DNA of 64,000 nucleotides from a virus: IMG/VR virus record IMGVR_UViG_3300032053_011398; one strand, 5' to 3'. Shown piece by piece: positions 56,754 to 64,000 of this stretch (position 1 is its first letter; each line of letters starts with the position of its first letter). The notes under the pieces were generated by a model. It saw only the letters and a program-made list of their open reading frames with translations, ran no database searches and was not told where the DNA came from. The position numbers and the translations under genes were made by a program.

Positions 56754-57284
56754 GTGAAAGACGCCATTCAGGCCATCATCGAGGCGCTGCTAGAGGACGA
56801 TCCAGTCCGCCGTGAGCGATCCGCCTACGTCGCCCGGCTGCGGAAAAAGAAGGTGCCGTTCTCCCGGATCGGCCAGACGATGCACGTCAGCCGCCAGCGT
56901 GCCCACCAGCTCTACAAGACGTTCGCCGAGGCTGAGGAAGACGGATTCGAGCCAAAGGACTTGGCCAGCCCCGCCAACCCGGAGGAGGCCATCCAGAAGA
57001 TCAGCCAGTGGATGAACCAAAAGGGTCTGCGCGGGGAGTTCAAGCTTTGGCCCAGGGGCACCTACCGTGGTCCCTACCCGGAATACGCCGAGAACGCCGA
57101 CTTCTCCATGACCTTGAGTGGTGCCCTGGCCGACGTATGGGCGGATAACTCTCAGCTCCAAAACGAGTTCGAGCTGGTGCTCAGGGGCCTGGAATACGGC
57201 ATGAGAATGGGCACCCGAAGCTCAGCCCACTTCTTCCTCAACACGCCGAGCTGGAGCCTGACAAGATGGGCGAGCCTCCACTAG
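56754..57284 (+). CDS. hypothetical protein with LLE-acidic motif and sigma-r4-like HTH
   Basis: IIEALLEDD; FSRIGQTMHVSRQRAHQL; GTAATTA-N4-GTG. Confidence 0.7.
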   Translation: MKDAIQAIIEALLEDDPVRRERSAYVARLRKKKVPFSRIGQTMHVSRQRAHQLYKTFAEAEEDGFEPKDLASPANPEEAIQKISQWMNQKGLRGEFKLWPRGTYRGPYPEYAENADFSMTLSGALADVWADNSQLQNEFELVLRGLEYGMRMGTRSSAHFFLNTPSWSLTRWASLH

Positions 57285-57346
57285 AACGCGACGACCCACC
57301 GCCGTTCGATCTGAACAATATCACGTGCTAAGCCGTTCTATGGAGC

Positions 57347-58003
57347 GTGAAGATGACCATTCATGAGCTGGCCAAGTTGCCCGGACTCCAGACCGACAAA
57401 TCCGACGCAAATCACACCTTCCTGGGCCAGAACTATCTCCACGTCTATGAGCAGCACTTCGAGAGGATCAGGGAGAGGGTCAACCGCATCCTCGAAATAG
57501 GGATTGGGGATGGGAACAGCCTCCGGCTCTGGCGCAGCTACTTTCCCAACGCCCAGGTGTGGGGCCTGGACATCAATCCCGCCCTGGCCATCCAGGTGGA
57601 GGACCGCATCAGGGTGGTCATCGGCAATCAGTCCGACCCGCAATGCCTGGCGTCGCTCGCCGAACAGGCTGGAGGCTTCGACCTCATCATTGACGATGGC
57701 AGCCACATTGTGGCGTCCACCCTTGACTCCTTCAAAGTCCTGTGGCCTGCCGTGCGCTCCGGGGGCACCTACGCCATCGAGGACACGGGGATTTCCTACC
57801 ATCCGTCGTGGCTGCGCGAGCCGCATGTGATTCGCTTCAATGGAGATGTCCCACCGGCACGCCACGACCGCAAGGACTTCGATTCGCTGTTCCTGAACAT
57901 GGTCAAGGACATGGACAAGCTGACCGGCACTGTCCGGGCGCTACATTTCCACCCGATGATGATCTTTATCTCCGCACCTGACCGTCTCATAGAATGTGCT
58001 TGA
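57347..58003 (+). CDS. MycE/TylE-like sugar O-methyltransferase
   Basis: TDK..H..YL..YE, ILEIGIGDGNSLRLWRSYFPNA, DLIIDDGSH, GGTYAIED. Confidence 0.88.
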   Translation: MKMTIHELAKLPGLQTDKSDANHTFLGQNYLHVYEQHFERIRERVNRILEIGIGDGNSLRLWRSYFPNAQVWGLDINPALAIQVEDRIRVVIGNQSDPQCLASLAEQAGGFDLIIDDGSHIVASTLDSFKVLWPAVRSGGTYAIEDTGISYHPSWLREPHVIRFNGDVPPARHDRKDFDSLFLNMVKDMDKLTGTVRALHFHPMMIFISAPDRLIECA

Positions 58004-58034
58004 ACTCGTTTACAAATTCAACTAGATTAGAACC

Positions 58035-58490
58035 ATGAGCCAGCCAATCTCATTCTGCACGGTCTCGAAAGCCGCCCTCGGCGACGAGAAAGCGTTCCAA
58101 TTCCTGGTCGAAGCAATGGAGTATAATCTCGCCTGGGGCGCTTACACGATCTTCCACTGCGAGTGTGATCCGCCCTGCCCGCGCCCAACCGTCGAGCAGA
58201 CCGCAGCATTCGACAAGCGCCTGCAAGACGCCCTGGAGGCCCGGCGCAAGGAGCGGGCCAAGACCGCCAAACCGGTCGGGAACTTCGACAAATGTATTTT
58301 CCCCGTCATCAAAAGCACGGGGCCAGTGCCCCCCGTCAACGAGATCATGGATTGTCGGCAGGGTTTGTGCCACAAAGTGGTCCATGACAAAGCAACTGGA
58401 TTCCTTCATCAACCCGACGACGATGGTCCTTACGATGTTGATGGGTTAATGTATTGCGGGCGCTGTCATCACGCTATGCAGGGTGCATGA
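58035..58490 (+). CDS. hypothetical protein
   Basis: Cys/His-rich ORF. Confidence 0.6.
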   Translation: MSQPISFCTVSKAALGDEKAFQFLVEAMEYNLAWGAYTIFHCECDPPCPRPTVEQTAAFDKRLQDALEARRKERAKTAKPVGNFDKCIFPVIKSTGPVPPVNEIMDCRQGLCHKVVHDKATGFLHQPDDDGPYDVDGLMYCGRCHHAMQGA

Positions 58491-58804
58491 TCCCGGAAAG
58501 AAAATCACGCAAGGGCACCGAGAACCGGATTACCTGCTGGCTAGCCTACTGGTTTTGGGAGAGCCACGCCAGTTGGCCCCAGCGGGTGACCCAGGTCTAT
58601 TCCTGGTCCTGGAAGCGATGGAGCATTAGGGAATACCAGACCGCCTACGGTCGGCACGTCTGCGTCGAGCACTACCTGTTTTGGCGCACGCTCTGGCGGG
58701 CGACTGGCATGATCTTCCCGGCCTGCAAAAAGATTTGGGACAAGATCGAGCGCCGGGTTTGGGCCGAAAAATCGGACGACGATGAGTTCCAAAGCGGCAT
58801 GTGA
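58487..58804 (+). CDS. Trp-rich hypothetical protein
   Basis: ATGA-coupled ORF. Confidence 0.55.
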   Translation: MIPERKSRKGTENRITCWLAYWFWESHASWPQRVTQVYSWSWKRWSIREYQTAYGRHVCVEHYLFWRTLWRATGMIFPACKKIWDKIERRVWAEKSDDDEFQSGM

Positions 58805-59006
58805 AGAGCTGAAGGAATTGGCGCTCGACATGACCTGGGAGACGTGCCAGTGTTGCTTGGTCACGGCCCCAGACGTTAGCTTGCGCAATTGCATGACAGC
58901 CTACACCGATCCGAAAAAGAACGTCCGGCCACTGCTCTGCGAACCATGCGCTCAGAAATACTTCGACTACTGGAACGACTTATGGAAAGAGTATTCGCGC
59001 CTATAA
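58782..59006 (+). CDS. small Cys-rich protein
   Basis: CQCC..LCEPC. Confidence 0.55.
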   Translation: MSSKAACEELKELALDMTWETCQCCLVTAPDVSLRNCMTAYTDPKKNVRPLLCEPCAQKYFDYWNDLWKEYSRL

Positions 59007-59015
59007 AAGCAGTCT

Positions 59016-59204
59016 ATGAACGAATCACTGGAACTAATGTCCGACAGGGACGCGCCGCCCGATTCACCTGAAATCAAAATGTTCCGCACCTTGTGTCTAG
59101 CCGACCAGCTCGTCGCGCTTCAGCCTATGGCCGGGCCGGTGAGCCGAATCTTTTACCTGGACATCGTGACCAGCCGCCCGCCTGAGATTTTAACCCATGA
59201 ATGA
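59016..59204 (+). CDS. MNESLELMSD-family microprotein 1 (gp23 Gol-region-like segment)
   Basis: LADQLVALQPMAGPVSRIFYLD. Confidence 0.65.
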   Translation: MNESLELMSDRDAPPDSPEIKMFRTLCLADQLVALQPMAGPVSRIFYLDIVTSRPPEILTHE

Positions 59205-59382
59205 ATCACTGGAGCTAATGTCCGATACGAGTGCGCCCCTACCTGATTCTCCTGTCTTCTCCCTGGATTGGGCTGAGGAGCACCCGCGCAGGGCGCTACG
59301 TGCTGACAGTATTTTCAGTTTTACGCGCCAAGGCGACACCATTGTGATCGAATTTACCGTTGTCCCATACGATGCCCATTAA
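59197..59382 (+). CDS. MNESLELMSD-family microprotein 2
   Basis: Shared N-terminus. Confidence 0.65.
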   Translation: MNESLELMSDTSAPLPDSPVFSLDWAEEHPRRALRADSIFSFTRQGDTIVIEFTVVPYDAH

Positions 59383-59412
59383 GAAGCACAAGCCGGTCCA
59401 CAAGTTAAGCTA

Positions 59413-59625
59413 ATGAATGAGTCATTGGAACTGATGTCTGATGCGGACGCGCCGCCCGATCCATCCTGGGCCGAACTTTACAACCGCCTCCAAGCATACC
59501 GTGCAGCAGATGGGATCATAGACCTCACCACCACCCCGAACGATGCCCTTACGCTGAGGAGACACATTGCCCGGCTCAACGAACTGGTCCCGGCCCGCGT
59601 GGACGAAAATGAAAATCCAGCATAA
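59413..59625 (+). CDS. MNESLELMSD-family microprotein 3
   Basis: Shared N-terminus. Confidence 0.65.
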   Translation: MNESLELMSDADAPPDPSWAELYNRLQAYRAADGIIDLTTTPNDALTLRRHIARLNELVPARVDENENPA

Positions 59626-59649
59626 GGGCCGAAATACGTTCTTGCAGGA

Positions 59650-60408
59650 GTGAAGAAAATCCTGGTGATGGGTTTGTCCGGGAGCGGAAAATCCACGCTC
59701 ACAAAAGAATTGGCACCGCTGCTGGGCGCGGTCGTCTTCAACAACGATGACGTTCGCAAGAACATCAACCGCGACCTGGGCTTCAGCATGGCTGACCGCA
59801 CCATACAGGCCCTACGGATGGGCTGGCTGTGCGACCAGGTGGTCAGGGCCGGGCACTACACCATCGCGGACTTCATTTGCCCGACCGAACAGACGCGCCT
59901 CGCCTTTGGCGCTTGCTTCACCATCTTCATGGACACGGTGAAGTCCAGCCGCTTTCCCGATACCGACCGCATCTTCGAGCCGCCGCAGAAGGCCGACATC
60001 GTGCTCCAGCATTTTCGCCAACCACGTGAGCTGGCCCTGATGGTCCGAGACCGGTTGATCGGCACCAAGCCCAAGAGCATGTTCATCGGGCGCTACCAAC
60101 CCCTCCACGACGGCCATGTCCAGCTAATCGAGAAGGTCTTGGCCGAGGGCCGCGAAGTCGTAGTCGCCCTGCGCGACACCACGATCAGCGCCGATAACCC
60201 CTTCACCCTGGCTGAGCGCCGGGTCATGTTCGAGAAAGCCTTCGGCAACCGCATCCAAGTCATCTCGATCCCGGACATCAACGAAATTTGCCACGGCAGG
60301 GGAGTCGGCTGGAGCGTCCGGGAGATACGGCTCGACGCCGAAATAGAGGCCATCAGCGCAACCGCAATTCGCCGCGATGCGCTTCCTGGTGAAAGCCGTT
60401 CTATTTAG
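59650..60408 (+). CDS. cysC: adenylyl-sulfate kinase fused to an HxGH nucleotidyltransferase
   Basis: GLSGSGKST, DDVRKNINRDLGFS..DR, DFICP, FEPP; FIGRYQPLHDGH, NPF. Confidence 0.85.
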   Translation: MKKILVMGLSGSGKSTLTKELAPLLGAVVFNNDDVRKNINRDLGFSMADRTIQALRMGWLCDQVVRAGHYTIADFICPTEQTRLAFGACFTIFMDTVKSSRFPDTDRIFEPPQKADIVLQHFRQPRELALMVRDRLIGTKPKSMFIGRYQPLHDGHVQLIEKVLAEGREVVVALRDTTISADNPFTLAERRVMFEKAFGNRIQVISIPDINEICHGRGVGWSVREIRLDAEIEAISATAIRRDALPGESRSI

Positions 60409-60411
60409 CGG

Positions 60412-60735
60412 TCAGTGCGGGATAAGCCGATCCAGGACTGCTTTCACGACCACAGGGAAGCAGATTATCAAGAACGCCACGACCACAGCCCACTTCGAGC
60501 TGACCATTGTTTTCCAGTCCTGTAGCTCCTGGACGCGGAGGTCGGTCTCGACGGCGCTACGGTTGCCCTCCAGAACGGCCTTGATAAGCCATCCAGTTTG
60601 AGCCTCCATCCGGGAAAGAGTCTCAACAACGTGCTTTTCCTGCGCCGACAGCTTATTCACCAAGTGCGGAGGAATCGCGGATTTGAACTCAGGTTTTTCG
60701 AGTTCCTGGTATCTTGGAATGCGTTGATCGGCCAT
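60412..60735 (-). CDS. coiled-coil + C-terminal TM protein (holin-like architecture)
   Basis: GTATTTA-N7-ATG; C-terminal hydrophobic helix; stop within the dispersed motif. Confidence 0.6.
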   Translation of the reverse strand: MADQRIPRYQELEKPEFKSAIPPHLVNKLSAQEKHVVETLSRMEAQTGWLIKAVLEGNRSAVETDLRVQELQDWKTMVSSKWAVVVAFLIICFPVVVKAVLDRLIPH

Positions 60736-60803
60736 TTTAGGGTAAATACACGGAGCGCGTCACGGGCACCCCAAACTTTTTCAATAAATCTACACTTCGC
60801 CTA

Positions 60804-60832
60804 TTGACACGGAACTCAAAATCGTTTACTTT
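60804..60832 (+). promoter_or_regulatory. sigma70-like promoter
   Basis: TTGACA-N17-TACTTT. Confidence 0.7.
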
Positions 60833-60887
60833 ATCCACGAATGAAAGACAGCCGGGCACGTCGCCCGGCCAAAACGAACGGAACATT

Positions 60888-61307
60888 ATGATCGAAATTG
60901 GAAAGAGCAAAACCATCAAAGTGCGCGAGAAGAAGCACGGCAAACTCGTGCCGAAGCTCGACGAAGAGGGCAACCCCATAACCAAAATCATCAGGGCCGA
61001 AGTCGTGCGCTGCACCCACAACGAGTTGGACGGTCACTTCGGTCGAGACCACGGGCGCACACTCGTCATCCGCCTCAAGGCCGGTGACGTAATCGAGATG
61101 TGGCCGTTTGGCACTCGTCAACGGTATTCAGCCGAATTGAAGCACGTTTTCGCCTGGATGGTGCGCGGAGCCGCCGCCAAGGCTCAGCTTGAAAAGGCCC
61201 GCGAGAAGAAGGCAAAGAAGCAAGCTGCCCGCGCACGTCGTCGTCTGGATTACGCCCCCGCACTGACCACAAGCTTTTTAAACTCTTCCGCCCGTGAAGT
61301 CCAGTGA
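60888..61307 (+). CDS. basic hypothetical protein
   Basis: ORF from MIEIGKSK. Confidence 0.65.
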   Translation: MIEIGKSKTIKVREKKHGKLVPKLDEEGNPITKIIRAEVVRCTHNELDGHFGRDHGRTLVIRLKAGDVIEMWPFGTRQRYSAELKHVFAWMVRGAAAKAQLEKAREKKAKKQAARARRRLDYAPALTTSFLNSSAREVQ

Positions 61308-61331
61308 AAAATCCACGATCCCAACAAAAAC

Positions 61332-62006
61332 ATGAACACCACTGAATTTACCAAAACCGTAGCCTCGGCCAACCATGTCGAACTCACCATGGCCGCGCCC
61401 GGCCAAGACGCCCAGCCGGTTATCGTGAGTATCACCCCGCACGAGGACTGCCTCCACCTGCACTTCAGCGGGCTGGGCGACCGCCACGTATTCTCCGACG
61501 GGCCGGTTACCCCCAATCAAATCAACGTCAGCTATTGCCGTCCAATGAGCAACCTGAAAGGACTACCATCCGCAAACGCTGGAATACCTGTGACTGATCC
61601 AACCCCCACACAACGGGCCGCGATAACGACCGTCCTAGCCGCCCTGGAGCACGCCAACCGTTATCCCAAAGCCAAGCATCCCCACGTCGCCTACGAGGCG
61701 TGCGTGATCCGCTGCGAGGGTCTGCTGGAACGTCTGTTCTTCACCGCGCACTGCCGCGACCGGCAAGAGCAGCTTGAAGTCCTGCTCGCATTTTCAGCCA
61801 TCCCCAACTGCGGGATTTCCAACACACTGACTCCGCCAACCGTAACCATTGCCATCCAACTATTGTCATCCAACCAGCATTCCGCACTGACCATTAACCA
61901 GAACCAAAAACTAGCGCCAGGTCTTCCGCAGCGACAAGCTGATCTCGCAGCCCTGGAGGAACTTGCGCGTGTTGCCCTGCTCGACCCTGTGGCAGCCCGC
62001 AAATAG
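61332..62006 (+). CDS. hypothetical protein
   Basis: ORF track. Confidence 0.55.
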   Translation: MNTTEFTKTVASANHVELTMAAPGQDAQPVIVSITPHEDCLHLHFSGLGDRHVFSDGPVTPNQINVSYCRPMSNLKGLPSANAGIPVTDPTPTQRAAITTVLAALEHANRYPKAKHPHVAYEACVIRCEGLLERLFFTAHCRDRQEQLEVLLAFSAIPNCGISNTLTPPTVTIAIQLLSSNQHSALTINQNQKLAPGLPQRQADLAALEELARVALLDPVAARK

Positions 62007-62102
62007 TAGCAACCTTATTGACTTGGTGGGTGCCGCTCAAAAATTCGCTTCCTCGTAGCGTATTTTGTTTACATTTCGGAGGTCATCTGGCAATGTCGTC
62101 GT

Positions 62103-62333
62103 ATGACTTTGATACTGCGGAAGCTTGGCAAAAAGGGCCTGAGCGTCAATACCGCTCCTTACCGGGTGACGCTCAAGTCCGGCAAAATGCTCTACTACAG
62201 AGAATTATTGGAGATCGCACGGGATGTTTCCGCCCAAAGCGTTGAAACGATCTACGACCGAAAAAAACACCGATGGATTCGCTACGAGTCCATCGGTCAT
62301 CGTAAAAAACGTAAACAAATTAACCCGCACTAA
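62103..62333 (+). CDS. small basic protein
   Basis: Ends NPH* within a motif variant. Confidence 0.55.
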   Translation: MTLILRKLGKKGLSVNTAPYRVTLKSGKMLYYRELLEIARDVSAQSVETIYDRKKHRWIRYESIGHRKKRKQINPH

Positions 62334-62352
62334 CCACTAACTAGAACCAAAA

Positions 62353-62934
62353 ATGGACAAAACCCATACCCATCCCGCTTTCGGCCACCTCAGCATCAGC
62401 CGCCAATCCAGCAGCCACAACCGACTATTCGGCGCGTCCGGGCCGTGCTACAACTGTGTCACCATCCAGATCAGTGAAGCAAGCCTGAACACCGACCAGG
62501 ATAGCGGGCGCTGCACGATTTGGCCGACCAACCACATCCTGGAAGTCACCCTATCACCGCTCCAGTTCGCCGAAGCGGTCGCAACGCTTAACTGTTCCGA
62601 AGGCACAGCTTGCACCATCACTCGGCGCGATGGCAAGATCATCCCGGCCCCGGATCAATCCACCACCCGGCGTCAGATGGTCGAGGACAGCTTCCGCAAG
62701 AACATGGTTGACCTGGGCCGGGAGTGCGACGAATTCCTGGAGCGGGCGCGGGCGCTCAAGGAGAAACCGAATGTCAACAAAGGCGACCGGGAGGAGTTCG
62801 TGAAGCTGGCCGAGGGCCTGGTCGCCAAGATCACCGCCACAACTCCCTATGTCGTGAGCCAGTTCACCGAAGTCGTTGAGCGAATGCTTACCGAAATCAA
62901 AGTTGACCTGCCTGCCCCATCATCTGGTAGTTAG
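62353..62934 (+). CDS. conserved phage hypothetical protein
   Basis: HPAFG.LSISR, LFGAS, LSPLQFAE, GTACTI pattern. Confidence 0.75.
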   Translation: MDKTHTHPAFGHLSISRQSSSHNRLFGASGPCYNCVTIQISEASLNTDQDSGRCTIWPTNHILEVTLSPLQFAEAVATLNCSEGTACTITRRDGKIIPAPDQSTTRRQMVEDSFRKNMVDLGRECDEFLERARALKEKPNVNKGDREEFVKLAEGLVAKITATTPYVVSQFTEVVERMLTEIKVDLPAPSSGS

Positions 62935-62937
62935 AGC

Positions 62938-64000
62938 GTGGCAGCAATCTATGCTTATAGTGACCTGAACATGGTCACTCGGTATCTGAATGATTCCCAG
63001 TTGATTTGGCGCGGAACCTGGGCACCAGACATCACCTACAACCCACCGTCTGATGCTGTTTACTACCAGAACGGCAATATGTGGGTGTCGCTAATCACGA
63101 GCACCAATGTCTCCCCGACCGCTGGTCCAGCAATCCTACCACCTGGCCATCCTCCAGTAACCACCCTGCACTACCGGGTATGGTCGCAACTCGTTTTATA
63201 CAAAGAAAGCGGCCCTGTAAGTCATACCCTCGCAGAGACTTATACCTTGGCCGAAGACGCTTACAACCTGGCTTGTATCGGCACAAACGTCGGCACCAAT
63301 GCCCTCAATCTCGCCCAGGAGGCATATACCTTCGCCCAAGTGGGAACGTCCACGGCAGACCTGGCGCTGGCCATTGCCTGCTCCGGCACCAACGGCGTTC
63401 TCCAGATCGAATACATCGCCAACTCCGGCACCGCTGGGGCCAACCAGGCTTATCAGCTCGCCCAGCAGGGCACGAACGGGGCCAATTTTGCCATCTACCT
63501 GGCCCAGCAGGGCACGAACGGGGCCAACGAAGCCTATTACCTGGCTCAGCAGGGCACCAACGGGGCGAACTTCGCCATCTACCTGGCCGGAGTCGGCACC
63601 AATCTCGGCATCCTGGCCCTTCAATGGCTCGGCACGAACGAACAGATGGACGCCTCGATCCGCCAGGCTGCCTGGAACGGGACGGCTGGAGTCGAACAAG
63701 TTTATCCGATTGCCGAAGCCGGAACCGCTGGTGTCAACCAGCTTTGGCCCATCGCCATCAGTGGAACAGCCGGAGCCGAGCAGGCTTACTACCTGGCCAT
63801 GCAGGGCACGAACGGAGCGAACTTCGCCATCTACCTGGCCCAGCAGGGCACCAACGGGGCCAACGAAGCCTATTACCTGGCCATGCAGGGCACGAACGGA
63901 GCGAACTTCGCCATCTACCTGGCCCAGCAGGGCACCAACGGGGCCAACGAAGCCTATTACCTGGCCATGCAGGGCACGAACGGAGCGAACTTCGCCATCT
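62938..64000 (+). CDS. fibre-like virion protein (partial, runs off the window) with 14-aa YLAQQGTNGAN repeats
   Basis: GTAGTTA-N4-GTG; open frame MAAIYAYSDL..WRGTWAPDITY..; 42/84-bp tandem repeats from ~63450; missing from the ORF track because there is no stop. Confidence 0.8.
   Translation, partial: MAAIYAYSDLNMVTRYLNDSQLIWRGTWAPDITYNPPSDAVYYQNGNMWVSLITSTNVSPTAGPAILPPGHPPVTTLHYRVWSQLVLYKESGPVSHTLAETYTLAEDAYNLACIGTNVGTNALNLAQEAYTFAQVGTSTADLALAIACSGTNGVLQIEYIANSGTAGANQAYQLAQQGTNGANFAIYLAQQGTNGANEAYYLAQQGTNGANFAIYLAGVGTNLGILALQWLGTNEQMDASIRQAAWNGTAGVEQVYPIAEAGTAGVNQLWPIAISGTAGAEQAYYLAMQGTNGANFAIYLAQQGTNGANEAYYLAMQGTNGANFAIYLAQQGTNGANEAYYLAMQGTNGANFAI

Noticed and set aside
55651-57284. ORFs flanking the array as cas genes
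   Set aside because: No RuvC, RAMP, Cas1, Cas2 or Cas4 motifs recognisable; too short for known effectors
1145-62336. Dispersed 12-mer as a Chi/KOPS-like polar replichore motif
   Set aside because: Orientation alternates and follows local gene layout rather than a single strand
1-64000. Stop-codon reassignment, common in jumbo phages
   Set aside because: Conserved genes are intact in code 11, all three stops terminate genes, and no suppressor tRNA was seen

Overview
This window reads as part of a jumbo (T4-like lineage) bacteriophage genome using the standard genetic code. All calls come from reading the sequence by eye; no database searches were run. (1) The first ~17.6 kb is a minus-strand RNA operon with 36 tRNA genes, a tmRNA with a 34-aa tag, a YrlA-type Y RNA and several non-canonical CCA-ended RNAs. 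It is headed by a leader-peptide/terminator/antiterminator attenuator and interrupted by glycosyl-/methyltransferase genes, homing endonucleases, a fibre protein and an intein-containing uracil-DNA glycosylase. (2) Replication genes include NAD-dependent ligase, a UDG-fused family A polymerase, an intein-containing DnaB-like helicase, a DinG-like helicase and RusA. (3) There is also a glycan-modification cluster, a baseplate wedge gene and a block of acidic proteins sharing an 'LLE-acidic-KD' N-terminal motif. (4) An orphan CRISPR-like array (8 x 36-bp repeats, 56172-56715) has no cas gene in the window. The most striking observation is that the 3' end of the array repeat (TGGTCAGTGCGG) also occurs as at least 14 solitary copies across the window. 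Many lie just downstream of a phage GTTCT promoter-like element and antisense to gene 3' ends, and the complementary strand resembles a tRNA-Pro 3' end. This suggests an undescribed repeat-handle-based regulatory or guide system.
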